From an uncultured delta proteobacterium (GTDB lineage: Bacteria > Myxococcota_A > Polyangia > Fen-1088), in contig CAVWIP010000003.1 of the NCBI GenBank assembly GCA_963755125.1, positions 1 through 64,000 on the forward strand: DNA of 64,000 nucleotides, written 5' to 3'. How positions within the stretch are numbered: position 1 is the first letter of the stretch; each line of letters begins with the position of its first letter. Position numbers and translations under genes: made by a program. The notes beneath the pieces are model-generated. The model worked only from the letters and a program-made list of their open reading frames with translations. It searched no databases and was not told where the DNA came from. Below are positions 38,636 to 48,662 of this stretch, in pieces.

Positions 38636-41600
38636 ATGGTCGAGACCACATCGGCGAGAGTGCCGAAAGGGAGATTATTGCGACGGGTGCTGGCGATTGC
38701 CGGGCTGGCCACCGTGGTGGCGATCTTTGCGATAGCGATCGTGCGCCGGAACGTGGCGCCCCGACGGAGCGAGCCGCTGGAAGCGCGAATGGAATTGGCG
38801 GCCGGCGATGTCACCGTCGAACAGCAAGGCAAGCGCGTGCGCGTGGGATCGGGCGCGGCGGTGCTGGCCTTGGCCAAGGTGACGACCGGCCCCGGGTCGC
38901 GTGCTCTCTTGCGCCTGTCCGACGGCGCAGCCCTGTTCCTGCGCGGTGGCACCAGCCTGCAGCTCACTGCCGACGGAACCGCCGTGGAGGCAGGCGAGAT
39001 CTGGCTGGAAGTACCGGTGGTGGATCGCAAGCCGGGCGTGCTCAGCCTGGGCGAGGCGACCGTGTCCGCAGCGGAGAGCGGGCTTTCCATTCGCCGCGAC
39101 GCCAAGGGATCGAGCGTGTACGTGGCACGCGGGCTGGCGCATGTGAGCGCCCCGGGCGGGCGCGTGGAGGTGCGCGCAGGCGAGCGCGCGCTGTTGCAGC
39201 CAGGGGCCGCGCCGCAGGTCGCGCCGGTGGCGTACTGGGAAGACTGGACCGGCGGCATGGCCGACCAGCGCCTGGCAGGCGGCGGCGCCGGCGCGGGACG
39301 CATCTACGGCGTGGATTTCGGCCGCAACAACAGCCCGGCGCGCGCGCTGGAGATCACACGCCAGGCGGTGCGCGTGACCTTGCGTTCCGGCATCGCCGAG
39401 ACCGAGGTGGACCAGACCTTCTTCAACCCGGGCGAGCGCGAAGTGGAGGGCTGGTACTGGCTGACCGTGCCCGAGGGCGCTCTGGTTACCGGTTTTGCCG
39501 TCGAGAACAACGGCCAACTGGTCGAGGGCGAATTGATCGAGCGCAAGGAAGCCGCCCGCCAGTACGGGGCTGCGGCGCGCGCCGGCTTTGAGCCCGCGCT
39601 GCTTGAATGGATCGACGGCCGCAGCTATCGCGCGCGCATCTACCCGGTGAACGCCGGCAACACGCGCCGGGTGGTCACGCGCTATCTGGAACTGGCACCG
39701 CTGGTCGACGGACGCCTGCGCTACCTCTTCCCCTTGCGCTCCGAGCCGCCGGTGCGCATCGGCGAGTTCTCGCTCAGCGTGGATCTGGGCAAGGCCGGCA
39801 AGGGCATGGAGCTGTCGACCCTGGAAGACGCGCGCATCGAGAACGGCGGCCAGAAGGTCACCATGCGCCGCTCGGGCTTCACCGCGCAGGCGGATTTCCT
39901 TCTGGAAGCCAAGCTCAAAACGCTGCCACCACCGGTGCGCGTAGCGCGCTTTTCCGCCGGAGCCGAGACCGCGGACTTCGTGATGTTGCGCTACGTGCCT
40001 GACCTGGATTGGGTCGCGGTCGCGCAGCAGCCGGGCGCGGTGGTCGTGGTGGTGGATACCTCGGCCGGCATCGACGAGAGCACCCGGCAACTGGAAGTGG
40101 CGGCGGCAGAAGCCATTTTGCGCGCTCTCTCCGATGCCGACAAGTTCGCTTTGGTGGCACTCGACGTGCGGCCGCAGGTGCTGTATCCGGCCTCTGGCCT
40201 GGCCGCCGCCACCGAGGCTGAGGTGGGCAAAGCGCGCGAGTTGCTGGCGGCGCACGCGCCCGGAGGCGCGACCGATCTGGGCGCCTTGTTCGACGTGGCC
40301 CTAGCCCGCCTGCACGGCAGCGAGCAGCCCGCGGTGATCTACATCGGCGACGGACTGGCCACGTCCGGCGAGATCAACGACGAGCGGCTGCAGGCATCTC
40401 TGCGGCGCAGCCTGGCCACCTCGAGGGCGCGGCTTTTCACCGTCGCGGTGGGCGGCGAGGCGGATCACGGATTCCTCGATGCTCTCGCGCACGCGGGGGG
40501 CGGCAAGAGCCTGCGCGTGGGCAACGCCGATGAGGCGGGTGGCCGAGCGCTGGAACTGGTCGCGGCGCTCAAGACACCGACCATCACCGATTTCCAGCTC
40601 GACGCAGGCGCGGGACTCGACGAGCTGTTCACCTCGGCCGACGGCAAGGTTTCCTGGGGCGGCGAGCTGGTGCTGCTGGCGCGCTCGCACCACGATCTGC
40701 CCAGCCAGGTCAAGGTGAAGGGCCGTCTGGGCGGGCTGCCGTTCGAGAAGAGCTACGCGGTCGAGGAAGAGGACGAATCCGTGGCCGCGCTGGTGCCGCA
40801 GCTGTGGGCGGCCGCGAACATGAAAAAGATCCTGGGCGAAGGCAGCGGCGCCGACGAGCAGCGCGGAACCCTGGTGAAGCTGGGCCTGGACTACGGCCTG
40901 ATGACCCCGTTCACTAGCTTCCTGGCGCTGGAGAGCGAGCAGGCGTACGCGGCGCAGGGGATCGCGCGCAAACGGAGCCCGGTTTTCGGACGGCTGGCTG
41001 CTTCCGACAAGAAAGAGGCTACTGAAGAGAGTGACCGTTTCGTGCAAATGGGGCGCCAGGTGGCGGGCGAGCCACCGGCGCCGACTCTCGCGGTTGCACC
41101 GGCCGCGCCAGCGCCTTCCCCACCTGCCGAATCGGAGGCCATCGGCAATCTCAAAGGCCTCAGAGGAATCGGCCTCGGCGGTCCGCCATCTCCGACCGGG
41201 AAGCTGATGGCAGCGGCAGCTCCAACCCTGAGGGCGATGCCGGCAAAGATCGCGGCCAATCGCCCCGGGGCAGACTTGTCGAGGAGCGACGCCTTGGCCA
41301 CGGGCGCGCCCGAGGCACGCCGGAGCGCATCCACCGTAGCTGCCATCATGCCTGCCGCGTGCAGCGACGCCAGCGAGAGGCCGCTCTTCGAGCGCGCGCT
41401 CCTGTGGATGAAGCGTTTGAACACGGCGACCGCGCCAGGCGAGTTGGCCGAACGCTATCGCGCCGCAATCGCCGCCTGCGAGCTGCCTGACTGGCGGGCC
41501 GAGGCGCTCTTCCTGCGCCTGCTCGCCCATCACATGGAAACCGAGGCTGCGGTGGCCGAGATCTTTGATTTTCTGGGCCCGCGGCCCGATGCGCGCTTTT

Positions 41601-42634
41601 ATCTGGCGCGCGTGCTCTTGCGCCGGAATGCGGGCGATGCCCTGGCCCTGGCCATTGAGCAACGCCTGTTCGGCACGCGCGTGGCCTGGGACAAAGTCGA
41701 CCTGGAACTTTCCGCGATCGGCAACCTCGACACCCGCATCGCGCGCCTGAAGGAATACCTGGCGCGCGCGCCCGACGATCCAGCGGGCGGCATGCGGCTG
41801 GTCAAGCTACTGGCTCGGGCCGGACACGCGGACGAGGCGCTGCTCTTTTCGCGCAAGCTGAAGGCCGCGGGGCTCATCACCCCGCGCCTGGTGCTGGCGC
41901 TGGGCGATCTGCAGGCCGATGCGGGCCAGACCGACGACGCCATCCGCACCTACTCGGAGATCGTCGAATTCGATCCGCGCAACCAGGCGGCGCGCCAGTT
42001 GCTGGGCGACGTGTACCTGGCGCACGGCTGGTACGACCTGGCCTACGCGCAATACACGACCCTGACCGAGCTGGCGCCGGAAAACCTGTTGGCCTGGCTG
42101 CGTCTGGCTGCGGCTGCCGCAGGCGCAGGCCGCACCGACGAGGCCCTGCGCATCGAGCGCAAGGTGGCGCGCTCGCCGGGCAACCCGGGCCCCAGCGATC
42201 CGCGCCTTTTCGCCCGCCTGGCCGCGGCCGCGCACATGGCACACCTGATGGCCGAGCCGCCCAAGGACGTGGACGGCAAACGTCTGGTGGAGAGCATGAG
42301 TCGAGACCTGGCCGAGCTGCAGCTCTTCCAGGGGCCGGGCACTCTGGTTCTGCTCTCGTGGGAGGATTTCGGGGCCGATCTGATCGCACGCACCAGCGGC
42401 AAGAGCCCTGTCCTGGCTGGCGAAACCACCGACGCGGCCACCGTGGGTCTGTCAGCCCTGCTGCTGCCGGCGGGAAAGCGCGCGGCCGTGCCCCTGCAAG
42501 CCCACCTGCGCAGCGCCCCACCCGCGCGGCCACTCAAGCTGGTGGTTTGCACCATCGATCACGACGGCAAGACGTTCCAGGTGAACGTGAAACGCGTGGA
42601 ACTGGCCGCGGGGCAGGTTGACGTGGGACTGTGA
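38636..42634 (+). CDS. Membrane-anchored FecR-like + VIT + vWA + TPR protein
   Basis: N-terminal TM, FecR-like TGPGSRALLRLSDG, VIT (AETEVDQTFFN...EGWY...GFAV...PALLEW), vWA VVDTSAG...GATD...IGDG, YGLMTPFTSFLALE, C-terminal TPRs. SD AGGAGG. Confidence 0.8.
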   Translation: MVETTSARVPKGRLLRRVLAIAGLATVVAIFAIAIVRRNVAPRRSEPLEARMELAAGDVTVEQQGKRVRVGSGAAVLALAKVTTGPGSRALLRLSDGAALFLRGGTSLQLTADGTAVEAGEIWLEVPVVDRKPGVLSLGEATVSAAESGLSIRRDAKGSSVYVARGLAHVSAPGGRVEVRAGERALLQPGAAPQVAPVAYWEDWTGGMADQRLAGGGAGAGRIYGVDFGRNNSPARALEITRQAVRVTLRSGIAETEVDQTFFNPGEREVEGWYWLTVPEGALVTGFAVENNGQLVEGELIERKEAARQYGAAARAGFEPALLEWIDGRSYRARIYPVNAGNTRRVVTRYLELAPLVDGRLRYLFPLRSEPPVRIGEFSLSVDLGKAGKGMELSTLEDARIENGGQKVTMRRSGFTAQADFLLEAKLKTLPPPVRVARFSAGAETADFVMLRYVPDLDWVAVAQQPGAVVVVVDTSAGIDESTRQLEVAAAEAILRALSDADKFALVALDVRPQVLYPASGLAAATEAEVGKARELLAAHAPGGATDLGALFDVALARLHGSEQPAVIYIGDGLATSGEINDERLQASLRRSLATSRARLFTVAVGGEADHGFLDALAHAGGGKSLRVGNADEAGGRALELVAALKTPTITDFQLDAGAGLDELFTSADGKVSWGGELVLLARSHHDLPSQVKVKGRLGGLPFEKSYAVEEEDESVAALVPQLWAAANMKKILGEGSGADEQRGTLVKLGLDYGLMTPFTSFLALESEQAYAAQGIARKRSPVFGRLAASDKKEATEESDRFVQMGRQVAGEPPAPTLAVAPAAPAPSPPAESEAIGNLKGLRGIGLGGPPSPTGKLMAAAAPTLRAMPAKIAANRPGADLSRSDALATGAPEARRSASTVAAIMPAACSDASERPLFERALLWMKRLNTATAPGELAERYRAAIAACELPDWRAEALFLRLLAHHMETEAAVAEIFDFLGPRPDARFYLARVLLRRNAGDALALAIEQRLFGTRVAWDKVDLELSAIGNLDTRIARLKEYLARAPDDPAGGMRLVKLLARAGHADEALLFSRKLKAAGLITPRLVLALGDLQADAGQTDDAIRTYSEIVEFDPRNQAARQLLGDVYLAHGWYDLAYAQYTTLTELAPENLLAWLRLAAAAAGAGRTDEALRIERKVARSPGNPGPSDPRLFARLAAAAHMAHLMAEPPKDVDGKRLVESMSRDLAELQLFQGPGTLVLLSWEDFGADLIARTSGKSPVLAGETTDAATVGLSALLLPAGKRAAVPLQAHLRSAPPARPLKLVVCTIDHDGKTFQVNVKRVELAAGQVDVGL

Positions 42635-42637
42635 CAA

Positions 42638-44641
42638 TTAGGCTCGACTCCCCCGGCTCGTCGCGCGTCTGGGCCACAAGAGCGGCACATTCGCAGCCAG
42701 TTCATTGTAGGCATGGCGCGAAACCTGCCGGCGCACTTGGGTCAGTTCGTGCCAGATCTCGGCCTCGTGCTGCTGGGCACGGGCCAGCTTGTGCAGGTCA
42801 AAGCGGGAGACTCGGCGGTCGCGCAGCTTACCCAAGATACGGCCGCGCGCCTGGCCCGCCAGATCCCTGAATACGCCGGGGCCGAAGCGATCGTAATAGA
42901 AGATTGTGTGCGCGGTCGATAGCGAGCCGGCCCAGGGATAGCTGCGCACGAGCCATCCCGACGCCAGTCGGCTGAGCTCCTGTTCCAGCCGGACGCGGTC
43001 GCGTCCGCACTTGCCCGGCTGGCGTTCGGCAAAGAACAGGGCCGTGCCCAGCTCGTCGCCTTGCGCGGTCCACATCTCGCGCAGTCCGAAGCGCGTCGGA
43101 TCGCGCGCCACGCGTGAACCGTGTGTGAGTTCAAACTGCCCCACGATGAAGGCCGCGACATGCGAAGCGTGGCGCTCAATAAAACGCAGCGTCGCCATGG
43201 CTTCAGTGAATGTCTCGGTGGGAAAATCGGAAAAGCACATCACCTCGACCGCGATGCCCGCGCGGGCCAGGTCGCGCACCGCCGTGGCTGCGCGGCCAGG
43301 CGTGATTCCCTTGTCGATCCGGCGCAACACCCGCGGGCTAGCCGATTCAATCCCAAGGCTGAACGCGACGGCACCGCCCCGGCGCAACCCCTGGCAGCGT
43401 TCGGGCGTCAGATACGGCTCGGGCCGCAGGTCAGTGCCCCAGCGCAGGTCCAGGCCGGTCTTTGCCAGCGCGTCGGCCAACCGGCAGAGCATTGCGGGCG
43501 CCACCGAGTCCTGCGACAGATAGAAGAAATGCGTGTTGTGGCGGACGGACAGAGCGCCGAGGTGCTCGACCACGGTTTCCACCGCGCGCTCGCGGTAGCG
43601 GGCGGTGCCGGTTGCTGCCAGGCCGTAGTGGCAGAAGGCGCAGCGACCCCAGTAGCAGCCGCGGGTGGGATCGTAGGGCAGAAGCAGGTGAGGCGAAAGA
43701 TAGCGATCGAGCGGCAGACCGTCGAAATCGGGCGCGGGCAGCGTGCGCAGATCGACAGCAGGCGGCCCGGGCAGAATGCGCGCGCCCAGCAAGGGATCGC
43801 GCAGCACCAGATTGGGGATTCGGTGAAGCCCCCGCGGCGTCCCGCGCGCGTCGGCCAGAGCGCGGCACAGCGCCAGCAGGGTGTGCTCGCCCTCGAAGAC
43901 CACCGCGCTGTCAAAGGCCCCCAGCGCCCGCGCGAGCGCGAGACCCTGTAGCCGCAGCAGCACCTGGGTAATGGCCGGCCCGCCCGCGACCAGATGCGCC
44001 TCGGGAAAGGCGGCCTTGAGCTTGAGCGCGAACGAATACGCGGGCACGAGCTGACCCGGGAAGCACACCGACAGGCCGATCGCATCCACGCGCGCCCGGC
44101 GCAAACGGGGTACCAGTTCGCGCGCGAGGTAGCCGTCGAACGGATCGCGCTCGGGATCGGCATCGCGTGCGATCTCGTCCGGGGTGGTCAGGGCGAAGGG
44201 CGTCCGGTACGCGGTGAAGTCGAGTTGCAGAGGCGCGTGCGCGGTCGCGATCACGCGCAGGCCCGCGCTGACCGTGCCAACCGCGTCGGCATACAAGCCG
44301 GAATCGTAAAAGCGCTCGCTGCTGCGCAGGACGTCCAGCGCCGCGCCGATACCGCCCGGCACTGCGCCTGCTTCGTCGCGAACCCGCAACAACGTCAACA
44401 GGTCGAGCTGGGCCTGGTGGTCGAGCGCGCGCCGGCGTTGCAGGCTGGCGATACGCCGTTCGATGCGGTCGTGGAGCAGGGCCAATGGCTGGCGTTGCAA
44501 CAGGGACAGGAAACCCTCCAGGTTGGCATCGATGGGCAGCACCTCGATGCCCTGGGGACGCAGGAATCCCGCCAGTGCCGCAACCGCGGGGTAAGGCGCC
44601 GTGGGATCGCAGGCCGGCGGAAAGATGAGTGCAAGCTTCAC
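42638..44641 (-). CDS. B12-binding domain radical SAM protein
   Basis: N-terminal LIFPP...PY...LAGFL, IGLSVCF...GGP, FEGE, TRGCYWGRCAFC, GIESAS.RVL..IDKG. Confidence 0.85.
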   Translation of the reverse strand: MKLALIFPPACDPTAPYPAVAALAGFLRPQGIEVLPIDANLEGFLSLLQRQPLALLHDRIERRIASLQRRRALDHQAQLDLLTLLRVRDEAGAVPGGIGAALDVLRSSERFYDSGLYADAVGTVSAGLRVIATAHAPLQLDFTAYRTPFALTTPDEIARDADPERDPFDGYLARELVPRLRRARVDAIGLSVCFPGQLVPAYSFALKLKAAFPEAHLVAGGPAITQVLLRLQGLALARALGAFDSAVVFEGEHTLLALCRALADARGTPRGLHRIPNLVLRDPLLGARILPGPPAVDLRTLPAPDFDGLPLDRYLSPHLLLPYDPTRGCYWGRCAFCHYGLAATGTARYRERAVETVVEHLGALSVRHNTHFFYLSQDSVAPAMLCRLADALAKTGLDLRWGTDLRPEPYLTPERCQGLRRGGAVAFSLGIESASPRVLRRIDKGITPGRAATAVRDLARAGIAVEVMCFSDFPTETFTEAMATLRFIERHASHVAAFIVGQFELTHGSRVARDPTRFGLREMWTAQGDELGTALFFAERQPGKCGRDRVRLEQELSRLASGWLVRSYPWAGSLSTAHTIFYYDRFGPGVFRDLAGQARGRILGKLRDRRVSRFDLHKLARAQQHEAEIWHELTQVRRQVSRHAYNELAANVPLLWPRRATSRGSRA

Positions 44642-44726
44642 GCGCGCAGGACCGGGAGCAGTCGTCCCATTGTGATCTGAATCAGAGGAGCCGGCCGTCG
44701 CTGAATACCAGCACGTCGAACGTCCC

Positions 44727-45083
44727 TCAGTCTTCGTCGAAAAAGAGTGACTCCCGCCTCTTGAGAAAGTCGTTGACTGCTCGTTTCGCACGGGGCGACA
44801 TCTGCAGGAAACGCAAACCCATGCCCGGAGCATCGATGCCTTTGCTGAGGGATGTGCCGCGTACCCAGCGGACCTCGGTGAGAATTTCGAAGGATTCCGT
44901 CTGCCCGGGCAAGGTGAGCATCACCTTGATGCGATCGCCGACCTGCCGGATCTGGTTGGTGGCCACGAAGATCCCGCCCCCGCTCAGGTCCTGGGTGAGC
45001 CCGGTGTAAAAGTTGCTCTCGGTCTGCAGTCCGACCTCGACCTCGACTTGGAAACGTGGACCAGTGCGGCGGTCGTCAGTCAT
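44727..45083 (-). CDS. PilZ-domain protein, myxobacterial TIGR02266-like
   Basis: DRRTGPRF (RxxxR), SNFYTG, DLSGGG (DxSxxG), EVRW...PGMGLRF. Confidence 0.85.
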   Translation of the reverse strand: MTDDRRTGPRFQVEVEVGLQTESNFYTGLTQDLSGGGIFVATNQIRQVGDRIKVMLTLPGQTESFEILTEVRWVRGTSLSKGIDAPGMGLRFLQMSPRAKRAVNDFLKRRESLFFDED

Positions 45084-46179
45084 GGCAGGCCATTTCCCTT
45101 GCTTTTACACCATTCGTGCCGCCGGTAAAACCAGACAGCGTGGCCATGGTCGACAACATGTACGAGATGGTCTTGTTCCAGGAGTACTGGGAAAAATCCA
45201 GGGTGCATGCGCCGGCATCAAGCTGCAGGTAACGCCGACCATCAACAACCAGCGGCTGCCCCGCACCGTTGCCGATCAACTCACGGTGCGACGGGATGTC
45301 GGACAGCACGACCGTCTCGCCCAGCGCCAGCGCTTCCAGCACGGCGTTGGACGAGTTCTCGATTTCGGAAGTCGAAATGAACACCTGCGACTGCCGCATG
45401 TGCTGCAAGACCTGCTGGCGCGGCAAGATGCCGAGGCACTCGACGTAGGGCCTTCTTTTCACACTCGGCGGAATGCTCTCGATATTGCCGACGATGAGCA
45501 GCTTTTCCAGGCGGCGCGTCGCCTGCATCTGTTCCAGCACGGCGCAGGTCCGGTCCAGTCGCTTGTATGACGAGGTTCCCACGGTGATGGCCTGGGGCAG
45601 GCGGGGGACGTCGGTTACCCTCTCGAAGGCTTCAATTCCGTTGCGCAGCACCACGAACTCCCGGCGCCAGCCCGTGGTCTTGCGGTAGATGTCGAGGGTG
45701 AATGCCGATTCTCCTGACACCACCGAGCAGTTGTCCGCGCTCGCGACGAAACGCTCCCTAAGCAGGAAGTTGCTGGCGAACACCCAGATGTCCAGGGTCA
45801 GGCCCAGAAGCCCGAAGGGCAGCGAGTTGCTGACGTGCAGCCAGTTGTGGTCGCCGACCTTGCCGTAGATGGGAATGCCGTAGGAGAAGAACCAGTGCGA
45901 TCGGCCGCCGTAGCGGCTCACGAAACGCGGGTCGAACCACAGCCGGGCCAGCGGCCTGCGCCGCACGACCTCGTACTTGACCGCCTTGCCCGCGATGTGC
46001 TCCTCGACCTGGGGATGCACCAAGAACAGCACGCGCCCCTGGCGGGCGGCGAAGTGGTCGGCATAGGCCAGCAGGCGCTTGAGGCCGCCCCCCACGGGCG
46101 ACGCGGAGAAATCGAAGATGATGTCGTACTCCCGCCTCGTGCGCCCTGCTCGCAGTCGGTGAAAGGCTGTCATGGGCAC
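45076..46179 (-). CDS. Glycosyltransferase (GT-B, family 4-like)
   Basis: GGGLKR, YKRLD, FISTSEIENSSNAVLEALALG...SDIPSHREL. Start GTG 46179 or ATG 46173. Confidence 0.8.
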   Translation of the reverse strand: MPMTAFHRLRAGRTRREYDIIFDFSASPVGGGLKRLLAYADHFAARQGRVLFLVHPQVEEHIAGKAVKYEVVRRRPLARLWFDPRFVSRYGGRSHWFFSYGIPIYGKVGDHNWLHVSNSLPFGLLGLTLDIWVFASNFLLRERFVASADNCSVVSGESAFTLDIYRKTTGWRREFVVLRNGIEAFERVTDVPRLPQAITVGTSSYKRLDRTCAVLEQMQATRRLEKLLIVGNIESIPPSVKRRPYVECLGILPRQQVLQHMRQSQVFISTSEIENSSNAVLEALALGETVVLSDIPSHRELIGNGAGQPLVVDGRRYLQLDAGACTLDFSQYSWNKTISYMLSTMATLSGFTGGTNGVKAREMACHD

Positions 46180-46263
46180 TGACGCCAGTGTAACCCATTT
46201 GCGGTCCACCGGCGCGGGCGACGACGGGAGAATCCGACGCAGGAGTGCTAGGATGCGCGGCGC

Positions 46264-47424
46264 GTGTCGCCCGTCAGCCCCGAGAGCCATGGCCCACCAC
46301 CGCTGATCGCTCTGGTCGCGGGGGCGCGGCCGAATTTCATGAAGATCGCGCCCATCTCGCGCGAACTGCAGCGGCGTGCGATCCCGGCGCGGCTCATCCA
46401 CACCGGCCAGCACTTCGACGAGAACATGAGCGACGTGTTTTTCCGCGACCTGGGCATGCCCGCGCCCGACGTCAGGCTGGGCGCGGGCGGCGGAACCCAG
46501 GCGCAGCAGACCGCCGCGGTTCTGGTCGGGATCGAGGCCGAGTTGCTACGCGCACGGCCAGCGCTCGTGGTGGTGGTGGGGGACGTCACCAGCACGGTGG
46601 CCGCCGCGCTGGCGGCCGCCAAGCTGGGCGTACCCGTGGTTCACGTCGAGGCCGGGCTGCGCTCGCGCGACTGGACCATGCCGGAGGAAATCAATCGCGT
46701 GCTCTGCGATCGGCTTTCCGATCTCTTGCTCACGCCTTCGCCGGATGCGCGCGACAACCTCCTGGGCGAGGGCATCGCAGCCGAACGCATCGTCTTCGTC
46801 GGCAACGTGATGATCGATTCGCTTCACTATGCGGTTGCGCGCCCCACCGACGTGCTGGCGCGCCTGCAACTCGGCCCGCGCGCCTACGCGGTCGCCACCA
46901 TTCACCGGCCTTCCAGCGTCGACACGCCGGCGGCGCTGCGGGCCACCCTGGATGCGCTGGCCGCGGTGGCCGCGCGCGTTCCCCTGGTTCTTCCCGTGCA
47001 CCCGCGCACCCGCGCCCGCCTGGACGAGTTCGCTCTGGCTGCTCACGCCCGCTCGCTCACCGGCCTCATGCTCACCGAGCCGCTCGGCTACAACGACTTC
47101 GTGACCCTGTTCTCTCGCGCGTGCCTGGCACTCACCGACTCGGGAGGAATCCAGGAAGAAACCACCGCGCTCGGCATCCCGTGCCTTACCATGCGTGACT
47201 CGACCGAGCGTCCCATCACGGTGACCGAGGGAACCAACCTCATCGTGGGCACCGACCGCGAGCGCATCGCGCGCGCGCTGGACGAGATCCTGGCGGGCAA
47301 GGGCAAGACCGGGCGCGTGCCCGAGGGCTGGGACGGCCACGCGGCCTCGCGCATCGTCGACGCCCTCAAGCGCTTCTGCGCCGGGACACCCAGGCCGCTG
47401 GCGTATCGCCCGGGCAGCCCGTGA
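46264..47424 (+). CDS. wecB: UDP-N-acetylglucosamine 2-epimerase (non-hydrolysing)
   Basis: GARPNFMK, HTGQHF, HVEAGLRS, PEEINR, TDSGGIQEE, TERP. Confidence 0.92.
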   Translation: MSPVSPESHGPPPLIALVAGARPNFMKIAPISRELQRRAIPARLIHTGQHFDENMSDVFFRDLGMPAPDVRLGAGGGTQAQQTAAVLVGIEAELLRARPALVVVVGDVTSTVAAALAAAKLGVPVVHVEAGLRSRDWTMPEEINRVLCDRLSDLLLTPSPDARDNLLGEGIAAERIVFVGNVMIDSLHYAVARPTDVLARLQLGPRAYAVATIHRPSSVDTPAALRATLDALAAVAARVPLVLPVHPRTRARLDEFALAAHARSLTGLMLTEPLGYNDFVTLFSRACLALTDSGGIQEETTALGIPCLTMRDSTERPITVTEGTNLIVGTDRERIARALDEILAGKGKTGRVPEGWDGHAASRIVDALKRFCAGTPRPLAYRPGSP

Positions 47425-48662
47425 TGCACATCCTCTACGTCTCGCAGTACTTCCCCCCGGAGCCCGGTGCCCCGGCGGCCCGCGTGTCGGAACTGGCGCG
47501 CGCCTGGGTGCAGGCCGGGCACCAGATCACCGTGCTGACCGGCATGCCCCACCACCCCACCGGACTCGTACCGCCCGAATATCGGCGCCGCGTTCTGGTC
47601 AGCGAGGATTTTCACGGCGTGCGGGTGGTGCGTACCTGGATCTACGCTGCCGCCAACCGCGGGCGCCTGCGCCGGTCGCTGGCCTACGCGAGTTTCGCCG
47701 CCTCGGCCGCCCTGTGGGGACAGTTTCACGTGGGCCGCCCCGACGTCCTGGTCGCCACCAGCCCCCAGTTTCTCTGCGCGGTCGCCGGACACGCCATCGC
47801 CCGCACGCGTTCGCTTCCCTTCGTCTTCGAGGTCCGCGATCTGTGGCCCGAGTCGATCGTCGCGGTCGGTGCGCTGTCCGCGGGACATCCTGTCGTGCGC
47901 GGCCTCACCCTGGTCGAGGAGCACCTCTATCGACGAGCCGACCGCATCGTGGTAGTCACCGATTCCTTTGGCACGCGCCTGCGCCAGCGCGGCGTGCCGG
48001 CGCACAAGATCGAAGTGGTCAAGAACGGCGTCGACCTGGATCGCTTCGTGCCGGGATCGCACGACACCCCTTTGCGCGAACGCCTTGGCTTTGCCGGCAA
48101 GTTCGTGGTCGGCTACGTGGGCACGCACGGCATGGCCCACGGGCTCGACAGCGTGCTGGACGTGGCCGCCGCGCTTCGTCCGCATGACCGGATCCGATTC
48201 CTGTTCGTGGGCGAGGGCGCCGAGCGGCAACGGTTGCAAGCGCGGGCCAAGAACGAGGCGCTCGAAAACGTGGTCTTCCTGGGTGCGCTGCCCAGGGACG
48301 CGATGAACGAGGTGTACGCGACCAGCGATCTGTGTCTGGTTCCCCTGCGCAAATCCGAGCTTTTCCAGACGGTTTTGCCCTCAAAGATCTTCGAGATCCT
48401 GGGCATGGCCCGCCCGGTCCTGCTCTCGGTCGACGGTGAGGCGCGGGCCCTGGTCGAGGCGTCCGGGGGCGGCGTCTTCGTCCCGCCCGAAGATGTCCCC
48501 GCCATGACCGAGGCCATCCTGCGTCTCGCGCAGGAGCCCGCGGCCTGCCAGGACATGGGAGAGCGCGGCCGCGCCTACGTGAAGCAACACTTCGACCGCA
48601 AGCAACTGGCGGCGCGCTACCTCGAAATCCTGCAAGAGGTGGCCGAAAGAGGACGCGCGTGA
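47421..48662 (+). CDS. GT4 glycosyltransferase (WbuB-like)
   Basis: SQYFPPE.GA, VRDLWPES, YVGTHGMAHGL, PSKIFE. Confidence 0.88.
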   Translation: MMHILYVSQYFPPEPGAPAARVSELARAWVQAGHQITVLTGMPHHPTGLVPPEYRRRVLVSEDFHGVRVVRTWIYAAANRGRLRRSLAYASFAASAALWGQFHVGRPDVLVATSPQFLCAVAGHAIARTRSLPFVFEVRDLWPESIVAVGALSAGHPVVRGLTLVEEHLYRRADRIVVVTDSFGTRLRQRGVPAHKIEVVKNGVDLDRFVPGSHDTPLRERLGFAGKFVVGYVGTHGMAHGLDSVLDVAAALRPHDRIRFLFVGEGAERQRLQARAKNEALENVVFLGALPRDAMNEVYATSDLCLVPLRKSELFQTVLPSKIFEILGMARPVLLSVDGEARALVEASGGGVFVPPEDVPAMTEAILRLAQEPAACQDMGERGRAYVKQHFDRKQLAARYLEILQEVAERGRA

